A stretch of DNA of 64,000 nucleotides from NCBI GenBank assembly GCA_963803435.1, contig CAWDML010000001.1:1344001-1408000 (forward strand), read 5' to 3'. Positions 42,464-52,456 of this stretch are shown in pieces. The notes beneath the pieces are model-generated. The model was not told the DNA's origin, ran no database searches, and was given only the letters and a program-made list of their open reading frames with translations. The stretch is from an uncultured delta proteobacterium (GTDB taxonomy: Bacteria > Myxococcota > Kuafuiibacteriia > Kuafuiibacteriales > Kuafuiibacteriaceae). Made by a program: the position numbers and the translations under genes. How positions within the stretch are numbered: position 1 is the stretch's first letter; every line of letters starts with the position of its first letter.

Positions 42464-44089
42464 ATGCAGATCGAAGTCAAGAGCATCGGAACTCAGGCAG
42501 CGGGGCTGTGGGCCACGATGAAGCCGCTCCAGAAGGCGCTCATCGTCACCGTGCTGGTCCTCGTGGCCGGCGGCCTCGCCTACGCGTCGTTCGGACGGCC
42601 CGAACCGGCCTACGCGGTGCTGTTCTCCCAGCTCGGCCAGGACGACGCCGCCGGCATCGTCGAAGCGCTCAAGGAGGAGAAGGTCCCCTATCACATCGAG
42701 GCCGGCGGCAGCGCCATCACGGTGCCCGCGGACCAGGTGCAGGAGACGCGGCTCTCGCTGGCGTCGAAGGGCATCCCGCGCGGCGGCGGCGTCGGGTTCG
42801 AGATCTTCGACAAGCAATCGTTCGCCACCACCAGCTTCGTCGAGGAGATGAACTACCGGCGCGCGCTCGCGGGCGAGCTCAGCCGGACCATCGCCAGCCT
42901 GGATCCGATCGAGCACGCGCGCGTGCACATCGCGATGCAGGAGCGCTCGCTCTATCGCAAGGAGGAGAACGCGCCCGCCGTATCGGTGGCGGTCCGCCTC
43001 CGGCCCGGCCGCAGCCTCTCGCAGTCGCAGCTCAAGGGGATCGTCCACCTGGTCTCCTCGAGCGTCGCCAAGCTCACGCCCGACCGCGTCACCGTGGTCG
43101 ACGAGAGCGGCGCCGTGCTCTGGGCCGGGGAGGAGAACGGCGAGGCGACCGCGAAGCAGCGCGAGATCGAGAAGACCCTGCGCGAGCGCATCCGCGAGAT
43201 CATGGACCGCGTCGTCGGCCCCGGGCAGTCCGTCGTCGTGGTGACCGCCACCATGGACACGGCTCAGAAGGAGCGCACCGAGGAGCTCTTCGACAAGGAC
43301 AGCGCGGTGCTGCGCAGCCAGTCGCGCACCGAGCAGACCCGCTACTCGAACGCGCCGACCGGCGGGCTCACCGGCGTCAAGGGCAACCTCCCGGAGAGCG
43401 CCGAGACGCCCAGCGCGCCCCCCTCCGACGGCCGGCTCCCCAAGGACTCGCGGCTGTCCGAGACCAAGAACTACGAGGTCAACCGCGTCACCAACCGCAT
43501 CGTCGAGGACCCGGTGAAGGTGAAGCGGCTCCACATCGCGATCCTGATCAACGGCGCACTCGAATCCTCGACCGCCTCCGCAGCGGGCTCGCTGGTCGGC
43601 AGCGAGGTGGGCGGGCAGCGCGTCGCCGTCAACCTCCAGCGGATCGCCGCCCTGGTGCGCGAAGCGGCCGGGCTCGACATGGACCGCGGCGACCGCCTCG
43701 AGGTCCACAGCATCCCGTTCGCCGATGATCACGAGCTCGCGCAGGCGGCCGCCACCGGCACCGTCACGGCGGCCGTGCCGCCGACGCTCGAGACCTGGCA
43801 CCTCTTCGCAGCGGGGGGCGGCGCATTGCTGCTGCTGGTGATCGCCGCGATGTCGGTGGTCGGAGGCCGGCGGCGCCGCCGCGCGGCCATCGAGCAATCG
43901 AGCAGCGGTCTCGCGCTGCCGGCGTCCGTCGACCAGATCCAGAACGCGCTGGGAGGTGGCGCCACCGCCGCCCTGGAGGCGCCCAAGCCTCCGACCCGCG
44001 AGCGCGTCCGCGAGGCCGTCCGCCGCGACGCCGGGCGGGCCGCCCGCATCCTCTCCGCTTGGCTGCAGGAGACCGAGGAGACCACATGA
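42464..44089 (+). CDS. fliF: Flagellar MS-ring protein FliF
   Basis: GVGFEIFD, NYRRALAGELSRTI, ARVHIA, NYEVNR, RGDRLEV, second TM, ILSAWL. Confidence 0.96.
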   Translation: MQIEVKSIGTQAAGLWATMKPLQKALIVTVLVLVAGGLAYASFGRPEPAYAVLFSQLGQDDAAGIVEALKEEKVPYHIEAGGSAITVPADQVQETRLSLASKGIPRGGGVGFEIFDKQSFATTSFVEEMNYRRALAGELSRTIASLDPIEHARVHIAMQERSLYRKEENAPAVSVAVRLRPGRSLSQSQLKGIVHLVSSSVAKLTPDRVTVVDESGAVLWAGEENGEATAKQREIEKTLRERIREIMDRVVGPGQSVVVVTATMDTAQKERTEELFDKDSAVLRSQSRTEQTRYSNAPTGGLTGVKGNLPESAETPSAPPSDGRLPKDSRLSETKNYEVNRVTNRIVEDPVKVKRLHIAILINGALESSTASAAGSLVGSEVGGQRVAVNLQRIAALVREAAGLDMDRGDRLEVHSIPFADDHELAQAAATGTVTAAVPPTLETWHLFAAGGGALLLLVIAAMSVVGGRRRRRAAIEQSSSGLALPASVDQIQNALGGGATAALEAPKPPTRERVREAVRRDAGRAARILSAWLQETEETT

Positions 44090-45097
44090 CCGATACCAGC
44101 AATCTCGAAGGACCGACGCGCGCCGCCGCGATCCTGTTGTCGCTCGACGAGGAGACCGCCGCCGAGGTCCTCAAGCGGCTCAACGCCGACGAGATCAAGC
44201 GCCTGGCCAGCCGCGCCGGCAAGCTCCGGCCCGCCGGCGAGGAGGCACTCGAGACCGCGCTCCTCGACTTCGAGCGCCTGATGGCGGATCCGATGCAGGC
44301 TGCCTTGCAGCGGCCGGCCGACCACATCCGCGGCCTGGCCCGCCACGCGCTGGGCGCGGAGGCGGCCACCAAGCTGCTGGCGGAGGACCACACGCCCCAA
44401 CCGATCGACCGCATCAGGGCGGCCCGCGTCGACGTGCTGGCCGCGCTGCTCGAGGACGAGCACCCGCAGGTCGCCTCCGCGGTGCTGCTGCAGCTCTCCG
44501 CCGAGCGCGCCGCCCGCATCCTGGCCGAGATGCCCGAGGAGGCTCAGTCCGAGATCCTGCGCCGGATCGGCACCATCGACAGCGTACCTGCGGCGATCGT
44601 GTCGCAGGCCTCCGAGGCCCTGGCCACCGCGCTGCTCGAGGCGGACGCCGTCGGTGAGGAGACCGGGCCCACCGTCGACGGCGTCGGGTTCGCAGCGGCG
44701 CTGCTCAACGCGCTCGGGAGCGAGGACAAGAACCGCCTGCTCGAGGACATGGACCAGCAGAACGCCGAGTTCGCGCAGAAGATCCGGGAGAAGATGTTCA
44801 CCTTCGAGGACCTCGGCCGCGTCGGCTCGACCGGCCTCCAGGTGCTCATGCGCGAGGTCCCGTCGGACAAGATGCTCATCGCGCTCAAGACCGCGAGCAC
44901 CGAGCTCCGCGAGAAGCTGCTCGCGGTCGTGTCGAAGCGCGCCCGCGAGACCCTGCTGGAGGATCTCGGCGCTGCTCCCGCCGATGCGCGTCTCCGACGT
45001 CGAGGCGGCCCAGCGCGAGATCACCGAGATCGCGCTCCGGCTCTCGGATCAAGGCCGCCTGGTGCTGCCCTTCGGCTCCGATGAGGAGCTGGTATGA
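44086..45097 (+). CDS. fliG: Flagellar motor switch protein FliG, apparent frameshift near 44968
   Basis: RAAAILLSL, EHPQ, MFTFEDL, SKRA; continues PPMRVSDVEAAQREI in the next frame. Confidence 0.93.
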
Positions 45098-45685
45098 AGA
45101 GGCCGTACTTCGAAGCGCTCGAGAAGCTCGAGCAGCCGGCGGAGAAGACCGTGCTGGAGACGATGTTCGGCGCACGGAGGCGTCCGATGCTCGGAGCCGG
45201 CGCCATCGCAGAGGTGCGATCCGGCCGCCGAGACCGCCGCCAAGGCCCGCGAGCTGGAGGCCACCCGGAAGCGGTTCCTCGAGACGATCGCGAGCCTCGC
45301 GGCGCACGCGGAGTCCCGCCCCTACGACCCGGCCGAGATCGTCGACCTGGGCGTCGCGGTGGCCGAGGCGATCATCGGGCGGACGCTCGGGGCCGATCAC
45401 ACGCTGCTGATCGAACGGGTCAGCGAGGCGCTCGACGTGCTCGAAGGCCAGCGCGCCGTCCGGCTGCGCCTGTCCCCGGTCGATCGCCGGCTGCTCGCCG
45501 ACGAGCGTCCCGACCTCTTGGCGCGCGCGCTCGAGGTGGTCGAGGACCCCAAGATCGCCTCCGGCGGCTGCATCGTGGAGGGCTCGAAGCGGGCGGTCGA
45601 CGCGACCATCGAGGGCCGGCTGGAGAGGTTCAGCCGCGAGCTGAAGCAGCGGCTGATCGAGGGGAGCGACGACCATGCGGCCTGA
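45094..45685 (+). CDS. fliH: Flagellar assembly protein FliH, frameshifted near 45170-45220
   Basis: LGVAVAEAIIGR, VRLRLSPVD, DPKIASGGCIVE..VDATIEGRL; lies between fliG and fliI. Confidence 0.85.
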
Positions 45686-46976
45686 TCTGACGGCGATGGC
45701 CAGGTCCGTGCTCCGCGAGCAGCCGCGGATGATCGAGCTCGGCCGGGTGATGCGGCTGGTGGGCTTCCTGATCGAGGGAAGGCTGGCCGGCGTGCGCGTG
45801 GGCGGCCTGGTCCGCATCGAGCGCGGCGACGGCGTCGCGCTCGGCGAGGTGATCGGGTTCCGCGACGACCTGGCGCTGATCGTTCCGCTCTCCGACGTGC
45901 GCGGGATCGAGCAGGGCGCCTGCATCTGGCCGATGACCGGCGGCGTCGAGATCCCGGTGTCGGAGTCGATGCTGGGTCGCATCATCGATCCGCTGGGCCG
46001 CCCGCTCGACGGAGGCCCGCCGATCGCCGCCGAGTCCTATGCGTCGCTCTCGGGCGCGCCACCCTCGGTGCGCGAGCGCGCGCGGGTCCTCCAGCCGTTC
46101 GAGACCGGAATGCGCGTGATCGACGGGCTGCTCACCTGCGGGCGCGGCCAGCGGGTCGGGCTGTTCGCGGGCGCCGGCGTGGGAAAGACGATGCTCATCC
46201 GCCAGATCGCCGAGCAAAGCACCGCGGACGTGGTGGTGTTCGGGCTGATCGGCGAGCGCGGCTGCGAGATCACCGATCTTCTGGCCGACGGCGCCCACGA
46301 CCGCTCGGTCATCGTGGCCGCGACCTCCGACCGCTCTCCCATGGAGCGGATCAAGGGCGCGCAGGCGGCCACCTCGGTCGCCGAGCACTTCGCCCATCGA
46401 GGCGCGAACGTGCTCCTGATCGTCGACTCGCTGACGCGATACGCGATGGCGCTGCGCGAGACCGGCCTGGCCGCCGGAGAGCCGCCCGCCACCAAGGGCT
46501 ACCCGCCCAGCGTGTTCGCCGCGCTGCCGAAGCTGCTCGAGCGGGTCGCTCCATTCGCGAGCGGTGGCTCGATCACCGGCTTCTACACCGTGCTGGTGGA
46601 GGGCGACGACCTGTCCGACCCGGTGGCGGACTCGGCGCGCTCCCTGCTCGACGGGCACATCGTGCTCTCGCGGGACCTGGCGGCGCGCGGACAGTTTCCG
46701 GCCGTCGACGTGCTCGCCAGCGCCTCGCGGGTGGCGCTCCAGGTGACGCCGCCCGAGTGCCACGAGCGCGTCGTCGAGGCGCGCAAGATCCTCTCGATGC
46801 ACCGCGAGATCGAGGAGCTGAAGAGCCTGGGCGCGTACACGGCCGGGGCCCACCCGGAGCACGAGCGCGCGCTCGAGCGCGGACAGCGGCTCCTGAGCTG
46901 GTGCCGGCAGCGCCGCAACGAGCGCTCGACCATTGCAGAGACCATGAAGGGAATGGCGGCGATGACCGCTCGATAG
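45675..46976 (+). CDS. fliI: Flagellar export ATPase FliI
   Basis: GQRVGLFAGAGVGKT, LIGERG, DSLTRYAMA, GEPPATKGYPPS, DGHIVLSR. Confidence 0.96.
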   Translation: MRPDLTAMARSVLREQPRMIELGRVMRLVGFLIEGRLAGVRVGGLVRIERGDGVALGEVIGFRDDLALIVPLSDVRGIEQGACIWPMTGGVEIPVSESMLGRIIDPLGRPLDGGPPIAAESYASLSGAPPSVRERARVLQPFETGMRVIDGLLTCGRGQRVGLFAGAGVGKTMLIRQIAEQSTADVVVFGLIGERGCEITDLLADGAHDRSVIVAATSDRSPMERIKGAQAATSVAEHFAHRGANVLLIVDSLTRYAMALRETGLAAGEPPATKGYPPSVFAALPKLLERVAPFASGGSITGFYTVLVEGDDLSDPVADSARSLLDGHIVLSRDLAARGQFPAVDVLASASRVALQVTPPECHERVVEARKILSMHREIEELKSLGAYTAGAHPEHERALERGQRLLSWCRQRRNERSTIAETMKGMAAMTAR

Positions 46977-46985
46977 GAGAAGGAA

Positions 46986-47423
46986 GTGTCGCAGAAGACC
47001 AAGAGGTTGGCGAAGGTGATCGAGGCGCGCGAACGCGTGCGCGATCGGCACGCGGCGGAGACCGCGGTGGCCGAGCAGATCCTGCAAGCGGCCCGGTCCG
47101 AGCAGGCCGAGGTGGAGCGCCGCGAGAGCGCGTTCCTGGGCAGCCTCGAGCAGATCACCGGGACGCCCATCAACGCCAACGTGCTGATCGATCTCGATCG
47201 GCAGCGGCGGCTCTGGACGGTCTGCGTCGAGCAGGCCGAGCGCCAGGTGGAGCTCCACACCGTCGAGACCGAGCGGCGCCGCGCCCGGCTCCAGGAGGCG
47301 GCGCGCAGCCTGCGGGTATCCGAGCGCGCGCACGAACGCATGACCGCGATCGAGCAGCGCGAGCGCGACCAGCGCGAGCAGCGATTCGCCGACGACCTGA
47401 GCGCCGGCCGGAGGCCCCGATGA
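46986..47423 (+). CDS. fliJ: Flagellar export protein FliJ
   Basis: 145-aa coiled coil after fliI, ending REQRFADD. Confidence 0.75.
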   Translation: MSQKTKRLAKVIEARERVRDRHAAETAVAEQILQAARSEQAEVERRESAFLGSLEQITGTPINANVLIDLDRQRRLWTVCVEQAERQVELHTVETERRRARLQEAARSLRVSERAHERMTAIEQRERDQREQRFADDLSAGRRPR

Positions 47424-48388
47424 ACGGGATCGAGAAGAGCACGCCGCGGCGGCTCGAGGTCGCCCCCCGCCGCGCCGCCCCCCAGCCGGAGGCGCCGCCG
47501 GAAGCCGACCAGCGCTTCGATCGCGTGCTCGAGGAGGCCAGCGCCGAGAAGGCGCCGGCGAAGGCCCAGGCGCAGGGCAAGCGCGAGGAGGCCGCGCCCG
47601 CGGCTCGAGAGGATCCGGCGGCGGGACCTGCAGAGCGGCCCGCGAAGGCGGAGCGGAAGTCCGGCGCCGAGCCTGAGGCCGCCGCCGAAGGCGAGGACTC
47701 CGATCAGGAGGGTGCGGATCCGCACGCGCCGCAGCAGGCGCAGATCACCGCAGCTCCGGCGCCGGCGATCGCAGCGCTCGCAGCCCCGCTCGCGAAGGCG
47801 GACGCGCCCGCGGACGCCGCCGCGAAGACCGCTCCCATCCAGGCCGCCGCCGGCGCCGCCGGCGCGGACAAGCCGGCGGAGGCGACGAAGGCGCCCGCGG
47901 TCGAGAAGCCGAAGGAGGAGAAGATCGCGGTTCAGGAGATCGGCAAACCGGTCGAATCTCAACCTGTCCTGCATCTCGAAGCGAAGCTCGACGCGATCTC
48001 CGGCAAGCACGAGATCGCACCCCCGGCCCCGCCCGTGCACGTGGAGCCGGCGCTGGCCGCGGCCTACGAGGAGCCGATCCTGGTCCGGAGCGCGAACCAG
48101 GACCGAGCGGAGATCGTGGTAGGCGACGGCGCCGACCGCGTGGCGCTCACCGTCTCCACGGACGGACACAAGGTGCACGTCGCGGCGCGGTCCTCCTCCA
48201 TCCAGATGGTCGAGGCGATGGCGCGGACCAGCGGAGAGCTGCGCGACGCCCTCGAGCGCAACGGCTATCAGCTCGGCGGTTTCGACGCCCGGCGCGACCG
48301 CCACGCCGACCAGCAGGAGGAGCGGGAGCACGGACACGCGGAGCGGCGGCAGAGCATCATCCTGAAGAAGAAGAGGATCGTGGCTTAG
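47420..48388 (+). CDS. fliK: Flagellar hook-length control protein FliK-like
   Basis: Ala/Pro/Glu-rich N-terminus, C-terminal ELRDALERNGYQLGGF; lies before flgD. Confidence 0.7.
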   Translation: MNGIEKSTPRRLEVAPRRAAPQPEAPPEADQRFDRVLEEASAEKAPAKAQAQGKREEAAPAAREDPAAGPAERPAKAERKSGAEPEAAAEGEDSDQEGADPHAPQQAQITAAPAPAIAALAAPLAKADAPADAAAKTAPIQAAAGAAGADKPAEATKAPAVEKPKEEKIAVQEIGKPVESQPVLHLEAKLDAISGKHEIAPPAPPVHVEPALAAAYEEPILVRSANQDRAEIVVGDGADRVALTVSTDGHKVHVAARSSSIQMVEAMARTSGELRDALERNGYQLGGFDARRDRHADQQEEREHGHAERRQSIILKKKRIVA

Positions 48389-48397
48389 GAGGTCACC

Positions 48398-49057
48398 ATG
48401 CAGGTCAACAGCGCACTCACCACGCTCGCTCAGGGCGCCTCGGAGCAGCCGACCCAGGCGGCCGGCACACGCGACGAGTTCCTGCGCCTGCTGGTAGCCC
48501 AGCTCGAGCATCAAGATCCCCTCCAGCCCCAGGACGGGACCGCCTTCGTGGCCCAGCTGGCGCAGTTCGCGTCGCTGGAGCAGGAGGCGCAGACCAACTC
48601 GCTGCTCGGCGTGATCCAGGCCGGACAGGCCTCGAGCGTCCGGGCCGGCTTCACCAACCTCGTCGGACGCTCGGTCAAAGCCCGGTCCGACTCGATCGAT
48701 CTTCCGGCGACCGAGGACATGACGCACTCCGTCCACCTCGGCTCGGCGGCCAACAAGGTCGACGTCGTGATCTACGACTCGACCGGCAAGGCCGTGCGCC
48801 GGATGTCGCTGGGACCCCGGGAGGCCGGGGACGCCGACTTCGCCTGGGACGGCAAGACCGACGACGGCGTGGCGCTCCCCGACGGCAAGTATCGCGTGGA
48901 GGTCGAGGCGACCTCCGCCGCCGGCGGTGACGTCGACGCGTACGCCTGCATCAGCGGACTCGTGTCCGCCATCGACTTTGGAGACGACGGGACGGTCACG
49001 TTCCGCTTGGGCCAGGCGAGCATCACGCCCGCCGACATCATCAGCATCGAGCGCTGA
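48398..49057 (+). CDS. flgD: Flagellar hook capping protein FlgD
   Basis: FLRLLVAQLEHQDPLQP, FVAQLAQFASLEQ, WDGKTDDG. Confidence 0.96.
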   Translation: MQVNSALTTLAQGASEQPTQAAGTRDEFLRLLVAQLEHQDPLQPQDGTAFVAQLAQFASLEQEAQTNSLLGVIQAGQASSVRAGFTNLVGRSVKARSDSIDLPATEDMTHSVHLGSAANKVDVVIYDSTGKAVRRMSLGPREAGDADFAWDGKTDDGVALPDGKYRVEVEATSAAGGDVDAYACISGLVSAIDFGDDGTVTFRLGQASITPADIISIER

Positions 49058-49072
49058 GGGAGAGAAGGAATC

Positions 49073-50359
49073 ATGGCTATCTGGTCATCGCTATTGACGG
49101 GATCGAGCGGGCTGAGCGCTTACGGCGACGCCATCGGCATCGTGGGAGACAACATCGCCAACGTCTCGACGACGGGCTTCCGGGGCTCGCGCGCCGGCTT
49201 CAAGGACCTCCTGGGCGGCTTCGGCGCCAACGGGCAGCGGCTCGGCGGCGGCGTGCAGATGTCGGGCGCTCAGGTCCTCTACGGACAGGGCTCGCTGCTC
49301 GGCACCGGACGATCGCTCGACATGGCGATCAACGGCAACGGCTTCTACGTGGTCAAGGGCGACAACCGCGGGATCGAAGGCACGTACTTCTCGCGCGACG
49401 GCCGCTTCGGGTTCGATCAGGACGGGTACATCGTGAACCCCGGCGGGCTGCGCCTGCAGGGCTACGGCATCGATCCGCAGACCGGCACGATGGCCTCCTC
49501 GATCTCGGACCTGAAGCTCGACTCGCAGAGCGCGCCCGCGCTCACCACCTCGGTGGACATGCACCTCAACCTGGACTCGAGCGCGGTCCCCCCGGTCAAT
49601 CCGTGGGACCCGACCGACCCCCAGGCGACGTCGAACTACTCCACCTCCGTCACCGTCTACGACTCGCTGGGCGCCGCCCACCGCGCCGACGTCTACTTCG
49701 TGAACGACGGCAACGGGAACTGGGAGTGGCACGCGCTGGTCGACGGCGGCGAGCTCGACGGCGGCGCGCCCGGCGTCGGCACCGAGATCGCCGGCGGCAC
49801 CCTCGAGTTCGATCAAAACGGCGCCCTGGTCACCGAGTCGGCGAGCTCCCCCGGCGCCGACTTCGTCAACGCCGCCCCCGGCCAGGTCATCGACTTCGAC
49901 TTCGGCGACGCGATCTCCGACGGCGGCACCGGCCTCGCCGGCACCACCCAGTTCGGCTCCGCGTTCAACGTGACCTCGGTGAGCCAGGACGGCTTCGAGC
50001 CGGGCACGCTCGTCGACCTCCGGGTCGGCGACGACGGCACCATCACCGCGCTCTACTCGAACGGCGACTCCCGCGCGGTCGCCCGCGTGGCGCTGGCCCA
50101 GTTCGCCTCCGAGGACGGCCTGGTCCGCTCCGGAAACCAGTTGTTCAGCCAGTCCGCCGACTCCGGCGAGCCGCTCATCGGCGCCGCCGCCACCGGCGGC
50201 CGAGGCTCCATCTCGGCCGGCTTCCTCGAGGGCTCGAACGTCGACCTGGGCGGCGAGCTCGTCACCATGATCGCCTACCAGCGCGCCTTCTCCGCGAATG
50301 CGCGTACGATCACCACGGCCGACGAGATGCTGTCGGAGACGATGAACATCAAGCGGTAG
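49073..50359 (+). CDS. flgE: Flagellar hook protein FlgE
   Basis: GDNIANVSTTGF, DMAINGNGFY, VYDSLG, LEGSNVDL, MIAYQRAFSANAR. Confidence 0.97.
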   Translation: MAIWSSLLTGSSGLSAYGDAIGIVGDNIANVSTTGFRGSRAGFKDLLGGFGANGQRLGGGVQMSGAQVLYGQGSLLGTGRSLDMAINGNGFYVVKGDNRGIEGTYFSRDGRFGFDQDGYIVNPGGLRLQGYGIDPQTGTMASSISDLKLDSQSAPALTTSVDMHLNLDSSAVPPVNPWDPTDPQATSNYSTSVTVYDSLGAAHRADVYFVNDGNGNWEWHALVDGGELDGGAPGVGTEIAGGTLEFDQNGALVTESASSPGADFVNAAPGQVIDFDFGDAISDGGTGLAGTTQFGSAFNVTSVSQDGFEPGTLVDLRVGDDGTITALYSNGDSRAVARVALAQFASEDGLVRSGNQLFSQSADSGEPLIGAAATGGRGSISAGFLEGSNVDLGGELVTMIAYQRAFSANARTITTADEMLSETMNIKR

Positions 50360-50381
50360 AGCACGCGATCGAATCCGGCCG

Positions 50382-51383
50382 GTGGCCGCAAGGCCTGGTG
50401 CGCCTCCGGCTCGGTCGATGCTTTGCCGTCGTCGATGGCCATCGAGAAGATCCACAGCGCCACCACCAGCGTCGGTGCGCTACCGCGCGCGAAGGAGAGG
50501 CTATCGACCGGGCCCCGGCGCCGAAGCCGTGCACGAGGGCGCGGTGCTCGAGCGCGGAGACTCGGGATCGACGCGCGACGCCGGCGCGCCGGTGGACGAC
50601 GCGGGGACCGGGCCCGACTCCGGGCTGCCGATCACCTGCGCGCCGTCGACGGCCGAGTGCGCGGGAGAGATCGCCCGGATCTGCGCGGTCACCGGCGACA
50701 CCTACCATGAGATCGAGTGCACCAACGGGTGCACCGACGGCACCTGCGATCCGTTGAGCCTGGAGACCGGGTGGAGGGTGGTTCAGTTCAACCTGCTGAA
50801 CGACAGCATCACGACGCCGCCCAACTACGTGTTCGAGCAGGGAGGCCTGGTCGCGATCCAGACCGCCAATCCGCTGGCGTCGGTGTATCTCGACGACACG
50901 CCGCTCCCCGAGTCCATCGTGATCACGGGGCGATTCGCCGTGCAGACGACGAGCGACGACGATCTGATCGGCTTCGTCTTCGGCTGGCAGGACGCCCAGC
51001 ACTTCTATCTAGTCGACTGGAAGCAAGCCCAGCAGAACGACGGCACCTGTGGTCTCGCCGAGGCGGGCGCCGCCTTGAAGGTGGTCTCCTCCACGGTCGC
51101 GATCGAAGACTGCACGGACTTGTGGCGTTCGAGCGGCACCGCCCACGTGAACCCGATCGTTCCCGTCAGCGAGAATCCCAACGGCTGGCAGGACCTGGCC
51201 GACTACGACTTCCGACTCGTCTATCGACCCGGCAGCATCGACCTGAGGATCACCCAAGGCAGCACCGTCGCCGTCAGCATCACGTCGACCGATACGACCT
51301 ATCGAAGCGGCAAGTTCGGGTTCTTCAACTACTCGCAGGAGCAGGTCCGCTACGAGTTCTTCTCAATCTCTCCCTCCGATTGA
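50382..51383 (+). CDS. Thrombospondin C-terminal (TSP_C, L-type lectin-like) domain protein; 5' end uncertain or damaged
   Basis: DAG linker and Cys-rich segment, then SDDDLIGFVFGWQDAQHFYLVDWKQ, GWQD, YRSGKFGFFNYSQ, paralleling TSP_C. Confidence 0.8.
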   Translation: MAARPGAPPARSMLCRRRWPSRRSTAPPPASVRYRARRRGYRPGPGAEAVHEGAVLERGDSGSTRDAGAPVDDAGTGPDSGLPITCAPSTAECAGEIARICAVTGDTYHEIECTNGCTDGTCDPLSLETGWRVVQFNLLNDSITTPPNYVFEQGGLVAIQTANPLASVYLDDTPLPESIVITGRFAVQTTSDDDLIGFVFGWQDAQHFYLVDWKQAQQNDGTCGLAEAGAALKVVSSTVAIEDCTDLWRSSGTAHVNPIVPVSENPNGWQDLADYDFRLVYRPGSIDLRITQGSTVAVSITSTDTTYRSGKFGFFNYSQEQVRYEFFSISPSD

Positions 51384-51520
51384 ACCCTCTCGCTCCCTCT
51401 CAAAGCGGACTCGGCCTACGACACCACCCCCGGCGACGAACGTCCCGCCGTCACCTCGAGCGCGCGCTGCCGGTCAGGCAGCGGGGTCCACGGCGGGCCA
51501 TGCATAGCCCAGCGCAGCGC

Positions 51521-52030
51521 TCATGCCTCGGGGTCCGAGTAGAGCCGCCGCGCAAACCAACCGACGACCTCCTCCGAGAGGAACACGTTCGCCAGGGACG
51601 TCCAGGTGCTGCGACCGAGCCCGGTCACCAGGCGCCGGTGGTCGCGGGCGCAGGCGCGCGTCGCCCGGACCATGTCGATCCCCAGGATCGCCGCCGCCGG
51701 CCTGAGCTGGTACGCCGCAGCCAGGATCCAGACGCTCCACGTCGTCAGCCGGCCGGCCAGCCAGAGCCCCTCGACCGGGCTGCAGTCGGCGAGCGCCCGC
51801 GGCAGGTACGTGCGCGCCAAACCGACGTGCTTGACCTCATCCTTGTCAATCCGGCGGAGCAGTCCGCGGAGCACCGGCTCGTCGAGCTCCGCCTCGAGCT
51901 GGCGGAACAGGTGGTGGGCCAGATTCTCCAGGAACAGCTGCATACCCAGCAGCTTGAGACCCGCGTGGGAGGTCTCCTTGATGCCTCTCAGCGCCCGCAG
52001 CGCCCACCTCGCCCTCGCCGCAGGCCGCGG
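51521..52030 (-). pseudogene. 3' half of a ferritin-like di-iron protein gene
   Basis: MQLFLENLAHHLF and LLRRIDKDEVKHV (DExxH); no first helix pair or plausible start. Confidence 0.6.
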
Positions 52031-52325
52031 GCTCTTCCTGCAGGTGGGTCGATGCGAGGCCTTCGGCCTCGGGATCGCGGAGGCGCTGCGGTTCAGCATC
52101 CCCGTACTCGCCAGCGATACCGACGGCCCCCGAGAGATCCTCTCCGGGAGCCGCGCCGGCATGCTCCTCGGCGGCGCCCGCCCGCTCGAGACCCAGATCG
52201 CCGAGGCGGTGACCCTGTACGCCCGCCACGAGTCGGTCCTCTCGGCGGAGGCGGCCCGCCAGGTCGCCGCGCGGTATACGTGGGAGGCCGCCATCTCGGC
52301 GGTGCATCGCGCGATGGGGACATGA
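52031..52325 (+). pseudogene. 3' fragment of a GT4 glycosyltransferase
   Basis: EAFGLGIAEAL (Ex7E), PVLASDTDGPREI, ARYTWE; only about 95 codons. Confidence 0.75.
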
Positions 52326-52456
52326 GCGATGCGTTCGTCCAGCCACCGCGCCCCGCGGACCCGCGAGGTGAGCCCAGCCTTACGACGTCGCGGTAAGTGG
52401 TCGCGCGGTCCCGTGCCGGCGCCCGCGTGCTAGATTTGAAGCGGGGCGTCCAGCCG

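Noticed and set aside
44960-45220. Programmed frameshifting or phase variation in fliG/fliH
   Set aside because: No slippery heptamer or long homopolymer; similar indels occur in unrelated genes across the window
42464-47423. Possible injectisome-type T3SS
   Set aside because: FlgB, FlgC, FliE, FliG, FlgD, FlgE and FliL are flagellum-specific
50412-50427. GG-N10-GC element after flgE
   Set aside because: Weak -24 match, and the next ATG falls upstream of the predicted +1; may be chance
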